Of a DNA stretch of 64,000 nucleotides, positions 61,262 to 64,000 are shown in pieces. The stretch comes from Leucoraja erinacea (lineage: Eukaryota). The notes below the pieces were generated by a model. That model had not been told where the DNA came from and ran no database searches. It worked only from the letters and a program-made list of their open reading frames with translations. Both the position numbers and the translations under genes were made by a program. Location of the stretch: positions 28,458,001 through 28,522,000 of the forward strand of contig NC_073390.1 in the NCBI RefSeq assembly GCF_028641065.1, written 5' to 3'. Numbering within the stretch: position 1 is the stretch's first letter; every line of letters begins with the position of its first letter.

Positions 61262-63338
61262 AAAATACTTTGGGGATTTTCCTTGAATATTTGCACCAGT
61301 GATACTTCATTTCTTTGGCCGCCTAAATTTTCTGCAACTATCACCTGGACTTTCTCTAATCATGCAGAGCCTTCCTGCTTTCAGTTCCCTGTATCTGCTG
61401 TACAGTTGTTTTCTGTCACTATCTCTTGGCACCCAGGGTGCCATGGACTTGCTGGCCTTAGCTTCACCCTAATGGGAACACGTTGTCCCTGAACTGTCAT
61501 CATTTCATCTTTGATTACCTCTGAATACTTGCATGTAACGTCTGCTGCAAGTAACTGATCTCAATCTACTTTTGCTAGATAGACACAAAGTGCTGGAGTA
61601 ACTCAGCGGGTCCGGCAGTATCTCTGGAGAAAAAGGATGGGTCACTTTTCGCTTCTGACCCATCTTCAAACTGACTACGTTTGCTGCACACTATTGCTGA
61701 ATCTTGTCTTGTGATAATGAAAACAGCCTTTCTTCAATTTCTGATGTGTCCCGATACCTTTCCTGAATTATCTTGAAACTTATAGTTATGGTCACTTTAT
61801 CCAAATTGTTTCCCCATAATTCAACCACTTGCCCAGCTGAATCCTCATGATTAGATCCAGTACTGCCCCTTCTCTAGTTTGACTTTAATGGCTCAAAAGG
61901 TTCTCCTCAAATCTTTGCACTCCAAGACAAGCCCAGATAATATTGGGAAAGTTGAAATCCCCTTTTGCTGTAACCCTATGATTCTTATCCCTCTCCATAA
62001 TTTGCCTACATATCTGCTTTTCTGTCACCCAATGACTTTTGAGACACCTGTCGGGTATCCCAGTAAATTAATACCCTGTTTGGTTCTTAAGCTCTGCCAT
62101 ATGGGCAAAAGATAAAGTGCTGGAAGAACTCAATAGGTCAGGTAGCATCTGTGGAGGGAATGGACAGGTGAGGTTTTGGGGTGGGACCCTCTTTTAATCT
62201 GACAGCTGAGTTCCTCCTGCATTTTTTTTTTGCTGAAGATTCCAGCATCTGAAGTTTCTGCCCATATGAACGACTTTGAACAGCCTATTACGATATTGTC
62301 CCTCATTGCTGCAGTAATGGACTCCTTAATCAATATCGCAATGCATCTCCTGTTTTGCATCACACCTATCTGAAGGTTCTATTTCCTGACTGTTGAGTTG
62401 CCAGTTCCAGTGGCAACAATAGTATATTCATATGTGTTAATCAATGCTTTTGACTCTTCTGCCTTGCTGGTTAGACCTTGTGCAATAAAATAGAGGGAAT
62501 TTAGCCTTGTGTTTCTCCCATGTACCTCATCATGTCCATGTCTGGTCTGCCTTCTCGACTTAGCTTTCCTTCCAGAGTTGATGTACGTTCCACATCTCTG
62601 CAAAGTAGCATAAACCCTCTTGGGCTGCACTAGCTGCAGAAGCACGTTACTACTTGTAATTTTACTCTGCCATGTCTCTACTCCAAATCGGCTGTAAAAA
62701 TGTTTCATTTTACTTCTACTATTGAAACGTAAAGTTAATTTGTATTGTTGGTGAAATGTAAGATTTTTGTTAATTGGCAATCGAGCAACATGGGTGATGA
62801 CGTTGTTTATACTATAGTAGCAAGGATTCCAATGTCACTATTATATGCAGAGTAAGAGTCCACCAAAAAATGAGGTAAATTACTAGTTAATAGCTATTTT
62901 GGTCATTGTGGTAGATGTTTACTGAGATAGTGGCGTCTTGAAAATCCATTTAAACCTATCAAAAAGTTAGTTTGGAGCCTAGTTTAAAAGAAATTTACCC
63001 TGGCATTTCTATTAAAATTCCCATTTGAGTTGTTTGAAAAATGGAAATGACCATCTCTGAAATTAGTTTGTGTAATTATTTGAAAGATTAGTTGTTTAAA
63101 TGTCAATCTTTCTTTCAATTTTACATTGTTGATCTGGAGAGCGGTATTGGTCTAATTGTAGGTTTTGAAGGTTGATGGTCTGGTTTATGCTGTCCCGTTT
63201 TACTGGGTTGTTGGGCTTAAATCCACGCTTCGTTGATCTATGTAACTCCATTTATTGCTAAAAGGAAGTAAAATTTCTGTATTTGGTTCCCACTGCATAA
63301 TAACCTTGGACTGATGCCTTCTCTATCTTTAATTGCAG

Positions 63339-63442
63339 AGGAGAAAAAGCCCACATTGCAGGAGATTGCTAATCAGAAAGGAATTGTGTGCAAGGCTCAG
63401 GGTTGGAAAGTACATCTCTGTGCTGCACAACTCATGCAGTTG
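63339..63442 (+). CDS. SAP130: SAP130 coding exon 18 (gene continues right of window)
   Basis: EEKKPTLQEIANQKGIVCKAQGWKVHLCAAQLMQL, donor gtaagt. Confidence 0.95.
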
Positions 63443-64000
63443 GTAAGTGAAATGAAGATTGTCTTTGCCCACTGTGAGGCGTTATATGTGCCACTAAGTG
63501 ACTTGGGTACAATTTTTTAAAACGATTATTATAACGATACCTGTCTTTCACAGTAATCTTCAAGCAAATCTATTTCTAAAATACCAGTAGATTTTTCTGA
63601 ATACATACCCGAATCTTATGAAGCAGGTGTTGCAACTGTCCATGAATGCGTTTCATTTCGCAAGAAATTCTCTTATTTCCTATCTACTCTTGCACTATAG
63701 GCTTCACGGGTAGAAAGGCTGCCAGTGCGGCTGTCAAATCCATCCCAGTCCTGTTCTCCCGTAACTTTATTTCTCGATGTATTTTTGTCGAAACAGAAAT
63801 CTGGAACATGCCTTGTCTACTGAAACTTTTTTTGACATATCCTATTAACCTGACGTTTCAAATCCATAACGATGCAAGTCGGTGGGATTTTTTACCGAAA
63901 ATTGAGTGATTTTTGTTAATTAGCACTGAATATGTATTGGATAAGGGGCTAGAAATTGATTTGCATCGTTTGGAGTCTGTCTACTATTGGGTAAATATCC

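Noticed and set aside
1-64000. CRISPR array, rRNA or prokaryotic operon-type system
   Set aside because: The window is spliced vertebrate DNA. The recurring short repeats are dispersed retroelement termini, not regularly spaced repeat-spacer units.

Overview
This is eukaryotic, repeat-rich vertebrate genomic DNA. The repeat repertoire (V-SINE/HE1-type SINEs, HER1/CR1 LINEs, Penelope-like elements) points to a cartilaginous fish, probably a skate or ray (inference). Three spliced protein-coding genes can be rebuilt by hand with GT-AG junctions and consistent phases. (1) MTERF4 on the minus strand, coding exons 1-3; the last exon lies left of the window. (2) A complete 6-exon, 516-aa RING/B-box/coiled-coil/PRY-SPRY TRIM gene (TRIM25/TRIM16/finTRIM-like) on the minus strand, 14349-24726. 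(3) SAP130 on the plus strand, with a CCAAT/GC/X-box promoter at about 30.8-31.1 kb and 18 coding exons from 35408 to 63442; its 3' end lies right of the window. Most long ORFs in the supplied track are transposon debris or shadow frames. The best candidate for an under-described system is a family of short, target-site-duplicated insertions built from Penelope terminal repeats, often two halves in inverted orientation. These termini carry minimal type-I hammerhead ribozyme cores; the best-formed copy is at 54578-54619 and one copy lies in sense orientation in a SAP130 intron. Other oddities are a triple-nested foldback element upstream of MTERF4, a nested palindrome in SAP130, a 299-nt AG-free zone before a SAP130 exon, a degenerate B-box1 in the TRIM, and uORFs over the MTERF4 start. 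Repeat boundaries are approximate, family names come from recalled consensus features, and no database search was run.
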